Shown piece after piece: positions 18,586 through 26,948 of a DNA stretch of 37,607 bases. Numbering within the stretch: position 1 is the stretch's first letter; each line of letters begins with the position of its first letter. Below the pieces are notes generated by a model. That model saw only the letters and a program-made list of their open reading frames with translations, was not told where the DNA came from and made no database searches. Source of the DNA: Chthoniobacteraceae bacterium (GTDB taxonomy: Bacteria; Verrucomicrobiota; Verrucomicrobiia; Chthoniobacterales; Chthoniobacteraceae); assembly GCA_031409335.1 (NCBI GenBank), contig JANNWY010000143.1:1-37607 (forward strand), given 5' to 3'. The position numbers were made by a program, and so were the translations under genes.

Positions 18586-19323
18586 ATGATGACTGACTAC
18601 ATGCTTCGACTTATTGGCTGGCCGCTAATTCTGCGATTTGGCGATCCACTGGTGATGGACCGATGGCGGTGGCTGGACCCCCGTCTCGCCTCCGGTCCCA
18701 TTCGCACATTCGATGCAGGGTGCGGAAACGGATGTTTCAGCTTCGCCGCGGCCGCACGCGGGAATGAGGTGGTAGCGGGATCGTATGACGCGGGACCGAT
18801 TGCCAAGGCGGCGGTTCGGGCCAGGCTCTTTGGATTAAACAACGTCGAGTTTATTGCAATCGACCTCCGCGAACTTGATCGACGCGCAGGGGAATTGGGT
18901 CTTTTCGAGCAAATCATCTGCACGGAGTGCATCGAGCACATCCAGGACGACGAGAAGTTGGTGCGCGACCTTGCCGCCTGCCTCAAGCCCGGCGGACGCC
19001 TGCTGCTCACGACTCCGGAAGCTTCGCATCGCCCACTGCGGCACGAAAAGCTGTCGGAGATTGAAGACGGGGGACATGTGCGCTGGGGCTATACTTCGGA
19101 ACGCTTGCGGGAGATATTCGCTGCTGCGGGGTTGCAAGTGCAGGAGGTGAGTTACACGAGCGGCTGGATCAGCCAGCAATTGACCAACCTTATGCGTGTG
19201 GAGCAGGAGCGAGTGGCGTGGGCTCTTACTTATCCCTTGCGGGCATTCCAGACCATTGATCGGGTGAGCAATACGATGATCCGATATCCCTGGTTTGGAG
19301 TCGGCATCGTTGGACAAAAATGA
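18586..19323 (+). CDS. Class I SAM-dependent methyltransferase
   Basis: FDAGCGNG, ECIEHI, LKPGGRLLLTTP, GHVRWGY. Confidence 0.88.
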   Translation: MMTDYMLRLIGWPLILRFGDPLVMDRWRWLDPRLASGPIRTFDAGCGNGCFSFAAAARGNEVVAGSYDAGPIAKAAVRARLFGLNNVEFIAIDLRELDRRAGELGLFEQIICTECIEHIQDDEKLVRDLAACLKPGGRLLLTTPEASHRPLRHEKLSEIEDGGHVRWGYTSERLREIFAAAGLQVQEVSYTSGWISQQLTNLMRVEQERVAWALTYPLRAFQTIDRVSNTMIRYPWFGVGIVGQK

Positions 19324-19396
19324 TCCGACTGGAGCGCCCGACATCTTTACACACTTTCCCACTGGAATATCCAATGGTTGCTGCTGAGTAGACTGC

Positions 19397-20791
19397 ATGG
19401 AGTGGAACATTGCCATCATCATTTGCGTCATCGGCCTTGCATTGGCTTTTACCAGATCGACATCGATCGTTGATTACGCGGTGTTCGTGTTTGTGCTGAA
19501 TCGCGGAGCGCGTCGGGTAATCGACTATTACATCAACGAGAGTTTTAATCCGCTGTCGCCCATCAGCCTGACACCCTTGATCGTGGCGTGTGCGATGGCG
19601 GTGCCATTGGTGCTCGGATTCAAAAAACTTCCAGGTTCGGCAAAAAGAGTGTTTCTTTGCCTGGCAGCCGCGATGGGATATGCGTTGGCTGTCGGCTTGT
19701 TTAATCAAGGGCTTGGGGCAATTTACGCCTTTGGAGAGGTTTTGGCACCGGTGGCGACGGCGGGCTACGCGGTCTCCCTCAATCCGCCGGCACCCGTTCG
19801 GGATCGCTGGATTCGCAGTTTCTCGTGGGCAGCCATTCTTGCGAGCGCTTACGGTTGGTATCAATACCTGACGATTCCGCCTTGGGACGCATTCTGGCTG
19901 GAGGAAGTCGGAATGGTCGGGTACATGGGGATTCCCGAGCCGACCAAGATGAGTGTTTTCTCCACGATGGGTGAGCGCGGCCCGCTGGCTGTTTATCTCG
20001 GATTTGCGCTCGTGCCGATGATAGTTTCTTCCAAGTGGCGGACGTTTTTGGGGTGGCCTGCGGTGGTTTTGGTATTTTCAACGATAATTCTCACTGTGTC
20101 CCGTGGCGGCATCTTGATTGCCCTCATTGCCACGCTGATCTTTCTGCTTGTGAACCGTGGCGCAAAAGCGGGTCAAATTGTGCTCGCATCGGTGGTGGTT
20201 GGTTTGGCGGCATGGTTCGGGATGGGGCGGATGCCTGGATCAGAACGGCTGATTGAGCGCTTTGAAACTCTCGGCAATATGGAGGAGGATGGCTCGTACC
20301 AAGGCCGGCTGGCAATCATGGCCAGTGGCACGAATGCCGTTCTGCAAAATCCGTTGGGTGGGGGATTGGGAGCCGCCGGTCTTGGGACGCGCGTAAATAC
20401 CGGCGGGTCGCGGACTACTACAACATTTGGTGACGCAGGATATTTCCAGATTTTTCTGGTCTATGGGATAATTGGTAGCGCGTTCCTGTTGGCATCGTTG
20501 ATTCTTGCTTGGAAACGGTTGGGCATCTATTATAGTGTCAAATGGTTGCGGAACGAACATGTCCTGCTGGTGCGGGCTTTGATGCTCGCAATGATCCCGG
20601 CGTGTGGTGCTGGCGATATGCTGACAGGATTCTCTGTTTTCTGGCTGGCATTGGGCTGCGGCCTGGCGATTCCGCGAGAGGAGGTCGCGAGAACCATCGC
20701 CATTCTCGAAACCGGGCGGATGGGTGCGAAGCGGATGGACGACGGACTGCCGGCAGAGACCTCCAGCGTGAGTGTTTCTGGAATGAAATAA
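19397..20791 (+). CDS. O-antigen ligase / Wzy-like multi-pass membrane protein
   Basis: Many hydrophobic segments, LTVSRGG motif, SYQGR..NPLGGGLG loop and DAGYFQIFLVYGIIG. Confidence 0.78.
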   Translation: MEWNIAIIICVIGLALAFTRSTSIVDYAVFVFVLNRGARRVIDYYINESFNPLSPISLTPLIVACAMAVPLVLGFKKLPGSAKRVFLCLAAAMGYALAVGLFNQGLGAIYAFGEVLAPVATAGYAVSLNPPAPVRDRWIRSFSWAAILASAYGWYQYLTIPPWDAFWLEEVGMVGYMGIPEPTKMSVFSTMGERGPLAVYLGFALVPMIVSSKWRTFLGWPAVVLVFSTIILTVSRGGILIALIATLIFLLVNRGAKAGQIVLASVVVGLAAWFGMGRMPGSERLIERFETLGNMEEDGSYQGRLAIMASGTNAVLQNPLGGGLGAAGLGTRVNTGGSRTTTTFGDAGYFQIFLVYGIIGSAFLLASLILAWKRLGIYYSVKWLRNEHVLLVRALMLAMIPACGAGDMLTGFSVFWLALGCGLAIPREEVARTIAILETGRMGAKRMDDGLPAETSSVSVSGMK

Positions 20792-20816
20792 TGGACGGAG
20801 GGCAACCTTCCGAGAG

Positions 20817-22025
20817 ATGAAGGTCGCGTTTTGCATGATCAACTGCAACCGGCGCGACGGCAGTGCGAGGGCGGTGAATGAAGTGGCCGAACGCCTTGCG
20901 GATCGGCATGAGGTGCATCTCTATGCTCGAAAAGCGGAGGACTTGGATTTTCAGAAAGTGCGCTGGCATCGAGTGCCCGGTCCGGGCTGGCCGGAGGTTG
21001 TGGATTTCTGGACCTATCATCATTCCGTAAATCGCTTTCTCAAGCGTACAACGCCTTCTTGCCCCTCAACTCTCAACACTCAACTCTCAACGTCTTGCTA
21101 TGACATCGTGCATTCCGTCGGATGCAATGTGCCGCGAGCCGATGTGATTACGATTCAAAATGTTCAGCCCGCGAAGCGGAGGATAATGGAACGATTCGGA
21201 GGGGATGAGCGGGTGTCGCTGGCCCGGCGATTCACCCGGATGCTCTATCTTCGGGTGACGTCCGCGGCGGAACATCGGCTTTACACTTACCGTGCGGATC
21301 GCCGGTCACCGACGTTCCTGCCCGTTTCGCGGGGGACGGAGGCCGAACTCCGGGCACATTACGAGATCGGATCGGCAGTCGTGAGGGTGGTCCCAAATGC
21401 GGCTGACACCGGGGTGTTTCACCCGATCCCGGAAGCGGAGCGCCGCGAATGGAGGCAGCGCAATGGAATCCGAACTGACGGAACGCTGCTGATCTTTTCG
21501 GGCGGTGAGTGGATGCGCAAGGGTTTGGATGATGCGATTCGCGGAGTGGCGCGACTCGACCGCACGGATGTCCAGTTGTTTGTCGCGGGCGACGATCCCG
21601 ACCGGAGCCGCTATCGTCAATTGGCCGCCGATCTCGGACTTTCGGGTCGAGTCATTTTTGGTGGATTTAGGAGCGACATCGCGACCGCACTCGCTGCTGC
21701 CGATGTGTTTCTTTTTCCGAGTTGGTACGAGGCATTCAGCCTTGCCACCATCGAAGCTGCGGCCTGTGGACTGCCTGTCGTCGCGACACTGATCAATGGC
21801 ACGGAAGATTTCATTCAACCGGGTGTCACCGGAGAATTCATCAAGCACGATCCGGAACAGATCGCATCCGTAATCCGATTGCTGATTTCCAACATCGATG
21901 CCTGTCGTCGAATGGGAGAAAACGCGCGTCGCTTGGTGGAAGAGCATTTTACGTGGGATCGCGTCGCTGCGATGACAGAAAATGCCTATAACTCATACCT
22001 TCAGAAAAGCATTGCCCGCGTATGA
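20817..22025 (+). CDS. Glycosyltransferase family 4
   Basis: VVPNAAD, RKG, FPSWYEAFSLATIEAAACGLPVV. Confidence 0.9.
   Translation: MKVAFCMINCNRRDGSARAVNEVAERLADRHEVHLYARKAEDLDFQKVRWHRVPGPGWPEVVDFWTYHHSVNRFLKRTTPSCPSTLNTQLSTSCYDIVHSVGCNVPRADVITIQNVQPAKRRIMERFGGDERVSLARRFTRMLYLRVTSAAEHRLYTYRADRRSPTFLPVSRGTEAELRAHYEIGSAVVRVVPNAADTGVFHPIPEAERREWRQRNGIRTDGTLLIFSGGEWMRKGLDDAIRGVARLDRTDVQLFVAGDDPDRSRYRQLAADLGLSGRVIFGGFRSDIATALAAADVFLFPSWYEAFSLATIEAAACGLPVVATLINGTEDFIQPGVTGEFIKHDPEQIASVIRLLISNIDACRRMGENARRLVEEHFTWDRVAAMTENAYNSYLQKSIARV
21064..21091 (+). repeat. Intragenic heptamer tandem NCTCAAC x4
   Basis: cctcaac tctcaac actcaac tctcaac read directly. Confidence 0.9.
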
Positions 22026-22080
22026 TTGTCACAGAAGCTCCGTTCTGACGGGCAAAACCTACCTACGTAGATAGAAAGCC

Positions 22081-22902
22081 ATGAATGTTGTTCGTTTCTT
22101 CGCAAGCCATTTGCCTTCAGGCCTGCTTCGCTGGTGTGGTCGCCAACAGTTTGAACGTCCGGCGCTCGCTCCGTTGATTCGATGGGGAGCACGTTGGATT
22201 CGATCTGGAGTTGCAACAATTCAATACGGGCCGGGAAAAGGATTAGTGATCGACGCAAGCTTGGGATTTCCAGGATATGCTTTGGGAACGACCGAGCCAG
22301 ATGAGCAGATCGCCCTTCAATCGCTCCTTCGTGTCGGCGACACTTTTTGGAACGTGGGTGCGAATATTGGATTCTACGCAATTCTGGGAGCGCGCTTCGT
22401 GGGGCCCGGCGGTCGCGTTGTAGCGTTCGAGCCTGCACCCCAGATAGCAGCGATGGTTGTCAAAAATGCCGTACTAAACCAATTCAAAAATATAGACGTA
22501 GTTCAAAAGGCCGTTTCCGATATAACGGGAAAACTCACGTTGTTTCTTGGCGAATCTTCGGCCATTAACACAATTCTTGCGGATCGATCCAAAGGTGGAG
22601 AGAGCGTCGAAGTCGATGCCACAACACTCAATATCTACCTGGAGGAATCGGGTTATCCGCCAAATCTCATCTCGATTGATGTCGAAGGCGCCGAAATCCG
22701 TGTTCTGACAGGTGCCATGGATGTTATTCAAAAGTTCAAGCCTCGCGTGATGCTTGAGCTTCATTGTATTCAACGGGAATTCTACGAGTTCTATGATCGG
22801 AACCTGTCGAACTTCGGATATGGTCTTTTCAATCTTGATTTCACGCCGTATGAGCGAAAATCCGATCCAATAATTGAGCACATCATTATTTCGCCTCGCT
22901 AA
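22081..22902 (+). CDS. FkbM-family SAM methyltransferase
   Basis: GTTEP, FWNVGANIGFY, VAFEP, IDVEGAE. Confidence 0.88.
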   Translation: MNVVRFFASHLPSGLLRWCGRQQFERPALAPLIRWGARWIRSGVATIQYGPGKGLVIDASLGFPGYALGTTEPDEQIALQSLLRVGDTFWNVGANIGFYAILGARFVGPGGRVVAFEPAPQIAAMVVKNAVLNQFKNIDVVQKAVSDITGKLTLFLGESSAINTILADRSKGGESVEVDATTLNIYLEESGYPPNLISIDVEGAEIRVLTGAMDVIQKFKPRVMLELHCIQREFYEFYDRNLSNFGYGLFNLDFTPYERKSDPIIEHIIISPR

Positions 22903-22905
22903 ACG

Positions 22906-24048
22906 ATGCGATTATTGATCGTCAGCCATTCCTGCGCGACGCCGCTGAATCAGCAAATCTACTGCGAAATTCAAAGGCAGACAGGTTGGAAAATTACTTT
23001 GATCATCCCGGACCAGTGGCGCGATGAATTTGGCAATGTTCTCAAAACCGACAGGTGGCCGGGATTCGACGTGGAATTGAAAAGCATTCCTGTGTGGAAC
23101 AATGGCAGCATCATCCTTCACATATATCGACACCGGTGGGGGCCATTTCTTGAATCCGGCAATTTCGACGCCATCTATATCAATCACGAACCCTATGCGA
23201 TCGCCACCGGGCAGATTGCTTGGGCTAACGCGCGTGGAACGAAGATTCCGATGGGCTTCTATTCGTGTCAAAACCTCGCAAAGCGGTATCCGATGCCATT
23301 CCGATGGCTGGAGCGAATGGTCTATCGCAACAGCAGCTTTGCCTTTCCGATCACAGAGGAGGTCGCCGGGGTTCTGCGGCGCAAGGGTTTCCGGGGAGTA
23401 TTGGCGGTTTGTCCGCTGCCGCTCGATCCTGCGATCTATCGGCCCCGTTCGAAAGCGGAGGGGCCACGGGCGTTGATGCGGGATCAGGCAGCGGTGATGC
23501 TGGGATTCGTTGGACGGGTGATTGAAGCGAAAGGGTTGCGGACGCTGGCCGTCGCGTTAGGACTTTTGCGGGATTTGAATTGGAAATGCGCAGTGATTGG
23601 AACTGGGCCATTCCTGGAGGAATTCAAAGCTTCGCTGAACCGGGGCGAAGTCTTGGAGCGACTGATTGACGTGGGATTCATCGCCCACGAGGAAACTCCG
23701 AAGTATCTCGCGGCATTGGATGTCCTGGTGCTGCCTTCCGAAACGCAGAAGCATTGGAAGGAGCAGTTTGGGCGGGTGATTCCAGAGGCAATGGCTTGCG
23801 GGGTGGCAGTCGTTGGCTCCGATTCCGGTGAGATTCCAAAACTGATCCGTGCGAGTGAAGGCGGCTTGGTTTTCCCGGAGCGAAATGCGGAAGCTCTGGC
23901 AAATGCCCTCCGAGAGTTGATCGTGAATCGCGAGGAACGCCAGGCGATGGCAACTCGCGGGCGGCGTTGGGTCACCGAGCACATCTCACTTGAAACAGTG
24001 GCTGGCCGCATGGTTTCGACCATTCGGCGGGCTGTTGGGAAAAACTGA
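22906..24048 (+). CDS. Glycosyltransferase family 4
   Basis: FVGRVIEAKG and LPSETQKHWKEQFGRVIPEAMACG. Confidence 0.9.
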   Translation: MRLLIVSHSCATPLNQQIYCEIQRQTGWKITLIIPDQWRDEFGNVLKTDRWPGFDVELKSIPVWNNGSIILHIYRHRWGPFLESGNFDAIYINHEPYAIATGQIAWANARGTKIPMGFYSCQNLAKRYPMPFRWLERMVYRNSSFAFPITEEVAGVLRRKGFRGVLAVCPLPLDPAIYRPRSKAEGPRALMRDQAAVMLGFVGRVIEAKGLRTLAVALGLLRDLNWKCAVIGTGPFLEEFKASLNRGEVLERLIDVGFIAHEETPKYLAALDVLVLPSETQKHWKEQFGRVIPEAMACGVAVVGSDSGEIPKLIRASEGGLVFPERNAEALANALRELIVNREERQAMATRGRRWVTEHISLETVAGRMVSTIRRAVGKN

Positions 24049-24059
24049 CGTTTCGAACA

Positions 24060-24521
24060 TTGCGTCCTCGTACTCCGGAACTACTTTGGTTTGTGTCGCG
24101 ATGGTTGTATTTGCGCGGTCATCTTACGCTGGCTCGAATCGTAAAGTTTTTGAATTATCTACTCCACAAGGCGTTGCTGCCCGCAGAAGCGAAGGTGGGC
24201 ACAGACATTACGCTCGAACACTATGCCTTGGGAGTGGTGATTCATCCACAGGTCGAGATTGGAAGCGGCTGCCGGATTTACCACCACGTCACGCTTGCCA
24301 CAGCGACGTGGATCGGATCGCCGCACAAGATCATCATCGGCGACCGGGTTACAATTGGCGCGCATAGCATCGTAGTGGGACGATCGAACGCGACCATGCG
24401 GATTGGAGACGGTGCCTTTGTCGGCGCAGGGTCTGTGGTCACCAAAGATATTCCCGCGGGTGAAGTGTGGGCGGGTAATCCGGCGCGAAAGCTTCCTGCG
24501 AAATCCGACAACAGTTTGTAG
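24060..24521 (+). CDS. Left-handed beta-helix acetyltransferase (serine acetyltransferase-like)
   Basis: Hexapeptide repeats and VGAGSVVTKDIP..AGNPAR. TTG start. Confidence 0.85.
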   Translation: MRPRTPELLWFVSRWLYLRGHLTLARIVKFLNYLLHKALLPAEAKVGTDITLEHYALGVVIHPQVEIGSGCRIYHHVTLATATWIGSPHKIIIGDRVTIGAHSIVVGRSNATMRIGDGAFVGAGSVVTKDIPAGEVWAGNPARKLPAKSDNSL

Positions 24522-24540
24522 CTTTCCCTCTGTTCCTTCC

Positions 24541-25584
24541 ATGCCTGGTCCCGGCGCATTCCGTCTTTTCCTCGCCCTTATCGTGGTGGTTCATCATTCG
24601 ACACCGCTGCGAATGGGCGCACTGGCGGTTTATATCTTCTTTATTCTCAGCGGCTATTGGATCGCGAAACTGTGGGCTGAAAGGTATGCGCGATCCCGCA
24701 ATCCTCTCCTGACTTTCTATGTCAGTCGTTGGTGGCGACTGGCACCGGTATTCCTGATTTGCACCGCGTTGGGAATAATTTGGACGATCAGCCGCGGGAA
24801 CGCACTACCTATACGAGGCGGCGCGTTCCTTTGGTTTCTGCGTCAGTTTCCAATCGCGGGTTCCGCTGTCGTCGGCTCCGTCCTGCCGCCGGCATGGTCG
24901 CTCGATGTGGAGATGCAATTCTACCTGTTGGCTCCCGCACTGATCTGGCTGCTTCACCGTGTGAGTCCTCCGACGGCCTGGATTGCTGGTGCAGTGCTGC
25001 TGGCGCTCCCGATCGCTCACTTTTGGCGCGGTGGCAGGGCGGATATCCCCGTGTTGATTCCGTTTCTCCCTTTCTTTGTTGGTGGCATTCTCATTCACAA
25101 AACAAAATGGCATCCCTCGCGTGCGGTGGGCTTCGCGTTCTTGTTCATCGCGTTCCTGATCGTGGCGATTGGCCTGGTGCTTCCGGAGCTGCGCGCGGGA
25201 ATTTGGATTGTGGGGCGGCATTCAGAAGCACCGATGAATGCCGTCATGCAACTCTGGGTGGCGATAGCCGCACTGAGTCTGCCGGTGGTCGCGAGGAGTG
25301 TGCGCGAGTCTTCCGCGCCCATGGATCGAATGATGGGTGATCTTGCCTATCCTCTTTATCTGTTCCATTGGATGCCGCGCGAATGCTACTACGCCCTCGG
25401 CGGTCCATCGCGCCCGGTCTGGCAAGCTGTGGCGCTCCTGCTCTTGAATTTTGCCTTTGCTGTCGCGGGCGCTTGGGTGATTTACAAGATGGTTGACCGA
25501 CCGCTCGACCGGCTTCGGAGCAGATGGGTAGCCAAACGTCACTGTGATGCAACCATGATCCCCGAGGCGGCGAGTGTCGTGTGA
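24541..25584 (+). CDS. Membrane acyltransferase (acyltransferase-3 / OafA family)
   Basis: RLFLALIVVVHH, FFILSGY, RWWRLAP, WSLDVEMQFY, GDLAYPLYLFH. Confidence 0.9.
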   Translation: MPGPGAFRLFLALIVVVHHSTPLRMGALAVYIFFILSGYWIAKLWAERYARSRNPLLTFYVSRWWRLAPVFLICTALGIIWTISRGNALPIRGGAFLWFLRQFPIAGSAVVGSVLPPAWSLDVEMQFYLLAPALIWLLHRVSPPTAWIAGAVLLALPIAHFWRGGRADIPVLIPFLPFFVGGILIHKTKWHPSRAVGFAFLFIAFLIVAIGLVLPELRAGIWIVGRHSEAPMNAVMQLWVAIAALSLPVVARSVRESSAPMDRMMGDLAYPLYLFHWMPRECYYALGGPSRPVWQAVALLLLNFAFAVAGAWVIYKMVDRPLDRLRSRWVAKRHCDATMIPEAASVV

Positions 25585-25591
25585 ACCCGCC

Positions 25592-26815
25592 ATGTCCGCT
25601 GACGCAAGGATGGCTGGGAATCTGGACTGGATTGAGCCGGATCGCAAAGCGATGCCACGGGCGTTCTTTACCGGCATGGATTGGTTCCCGGACTGTCGCG
25701 ATGGAGGGTTGGATCGATATTTTCATGGAGCGCTGACTGCGTTTGCTGAAGCGGGAATGAAGGGAGCGGCATTGGTATCAGCGGCTGAGGAGACTTCGCT
25801 GGGTGGGATCACTGTTCAAGGGATGGCTGGGCCAGGCGCCCTCCTGTGGCGTCGCTGGGATGGGGCTCGGGCGATCGCGCGTGAGGGATTCAAACAGGGC
25901 GTGGATGTGGTGAATGCGCACTTCGCGCTGTATGCCTTTCCCTGGCTCCGCGATCTGCCACCGCATATTCCGCTGGTGGTTAATTTCCATGGGCCCTGGG
26001 CGGGAGAGATGCGGGCCGAGGCACGGAGCTTGAGAAGGCGGATCGTGGCGAGTGGTGCGCATTGGATCGAGCGAACCGTTTATCGACGGGCGGATCGCTG
26101 TATCACCCTGTCCACGGCTTTTCGGGATTTGCTCCACACACGATATAGGGTGCCGCTGGAACGGATTCGGGTGGTGCCGGGGGCTTCGGATTTGACCCCT
26201 TATCTTCAGGCTCCGGATCGGAGTGCGGCGCGGGCGCAGCTCGGATGGTCGCAGGAGCGGCGGATTCTGCTTTCGGTGCGGCGGCTGGCGCGGCGGATGG
26301 GGTTGGATTTGCTGATTGAGGCGATGGCGGAAGTGCGGAAGGAATTTCCCGAGGTGTTGCTGCTGATCGGAGGCAAAGGGCCGGAATCGGAAAATTTGAA
26401 AGCGGAAATTGGAAAGCGAAAATTGGAAGGGAATGTGCGTTTGCTCGGGTTTATCCCGGAAGCGGATTTGCCGGCGGCTTATGCGGCGGCGGATTTTTCG
26501 GTGGTGCCGACGGTGGCGCTGGAAGGGTTTGGTTTGATCACGGTGGAGTCGCTCGCCTCGGGGACGCCGGTGCTGGGGACGCGCGTGGGGGCGACGCCGG
26601 AGATTTTGGAGCCGCTTTGTCCGGAGCTACTGTTTGCCGAGGCGACGGCGCAGGCGATGGCGGAGAAGATCAAGGCGGTCCTGCGCGGATCGGTTCGGGT
26701 TCCCGGTCGTGAGGAATGCCGGGCTTATTCGGAACGGTTCGGCTGGCCCAAGGTCGTGCCGCAATTGCTGGCGGTGTTTGAGGAAGCGATCGCCGAAAAG
26801 AAGGCGGTGCGGTGA
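25592..26815 (+). CDS. Glycosyltransferase family 4 (start may be 25652)
   Basis: NFHGPW, VRRLARRMG, ALEGFGLITVESLASGTPV. Confidence 0.9.
   Translation: MSADARMAGNLDWIEPDRKAMPRAFFTGMDWFPDCRDGGLDRYFHGALTAFAEAGMKGAALVSAAEETSLGGITVQGMAGPGALLWRRWDGARAIAREGFKQGVDVVNAHFALYAFPWLRDLPPHIPLVVNFHGPWAGEMRAEARSLRRRIVASGAHWIERTVYRRADRCITLSTAFRDLLHTRYRVPLERIRVVPGASDLTPYLQAPDRSAARAQLGWSQERRILLSVRRLARRMGLDLLIEAMAEVRKEFPEVLLLIGGKGPESENLKAEIGKRKLEGNVRLLGFIPEADLPAAYAAADFSVVPTVALEGFGLITVESLASGTPVLGTRVGATPEILEPLCPELLFAEATAQAMAEKIKAVLRGSVRVPGREECRAYSERFGWPKVVPQLLAVFEEAIAEKKAVR
26387..26428 (-). repeat. Intragenic degenerate heptamer run, reverse complement of the TTTCCGC family
   Basis: tcggaaa atttgaa agcggaa attggaa agcgaaa attggaa on the + strand. 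Confidence 0.65.
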
Positions 26816-26818
26816 ATC

Positions 26819-26932
26819 GGTGGATGGCGTCGCTCCGTCGCGCCATGGGTATCCAACTCCGAAGGCTGGCTCTTTCAGATTAGCGCGATACGCGCAGTGT
26901 TTTCCATGGCGCGGCGGAGCGCGCCATCCACC
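26819..26932. repeat. REPIN-like inverted doublet of GTGG-type REP
   Basis: Arm 26819-26848 ggtggatggcgtcgctccgtcgcgccatgg and arm 26904-26932 ccatggcgcggcggagcgcgccatccacc (1 mismatch, 1 gap). Each arm has an internal atggcg/cgccat hairpin. Confidence 0.85.
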
Positions 26933-26948
26933 ATATGAAGTCTCACTC

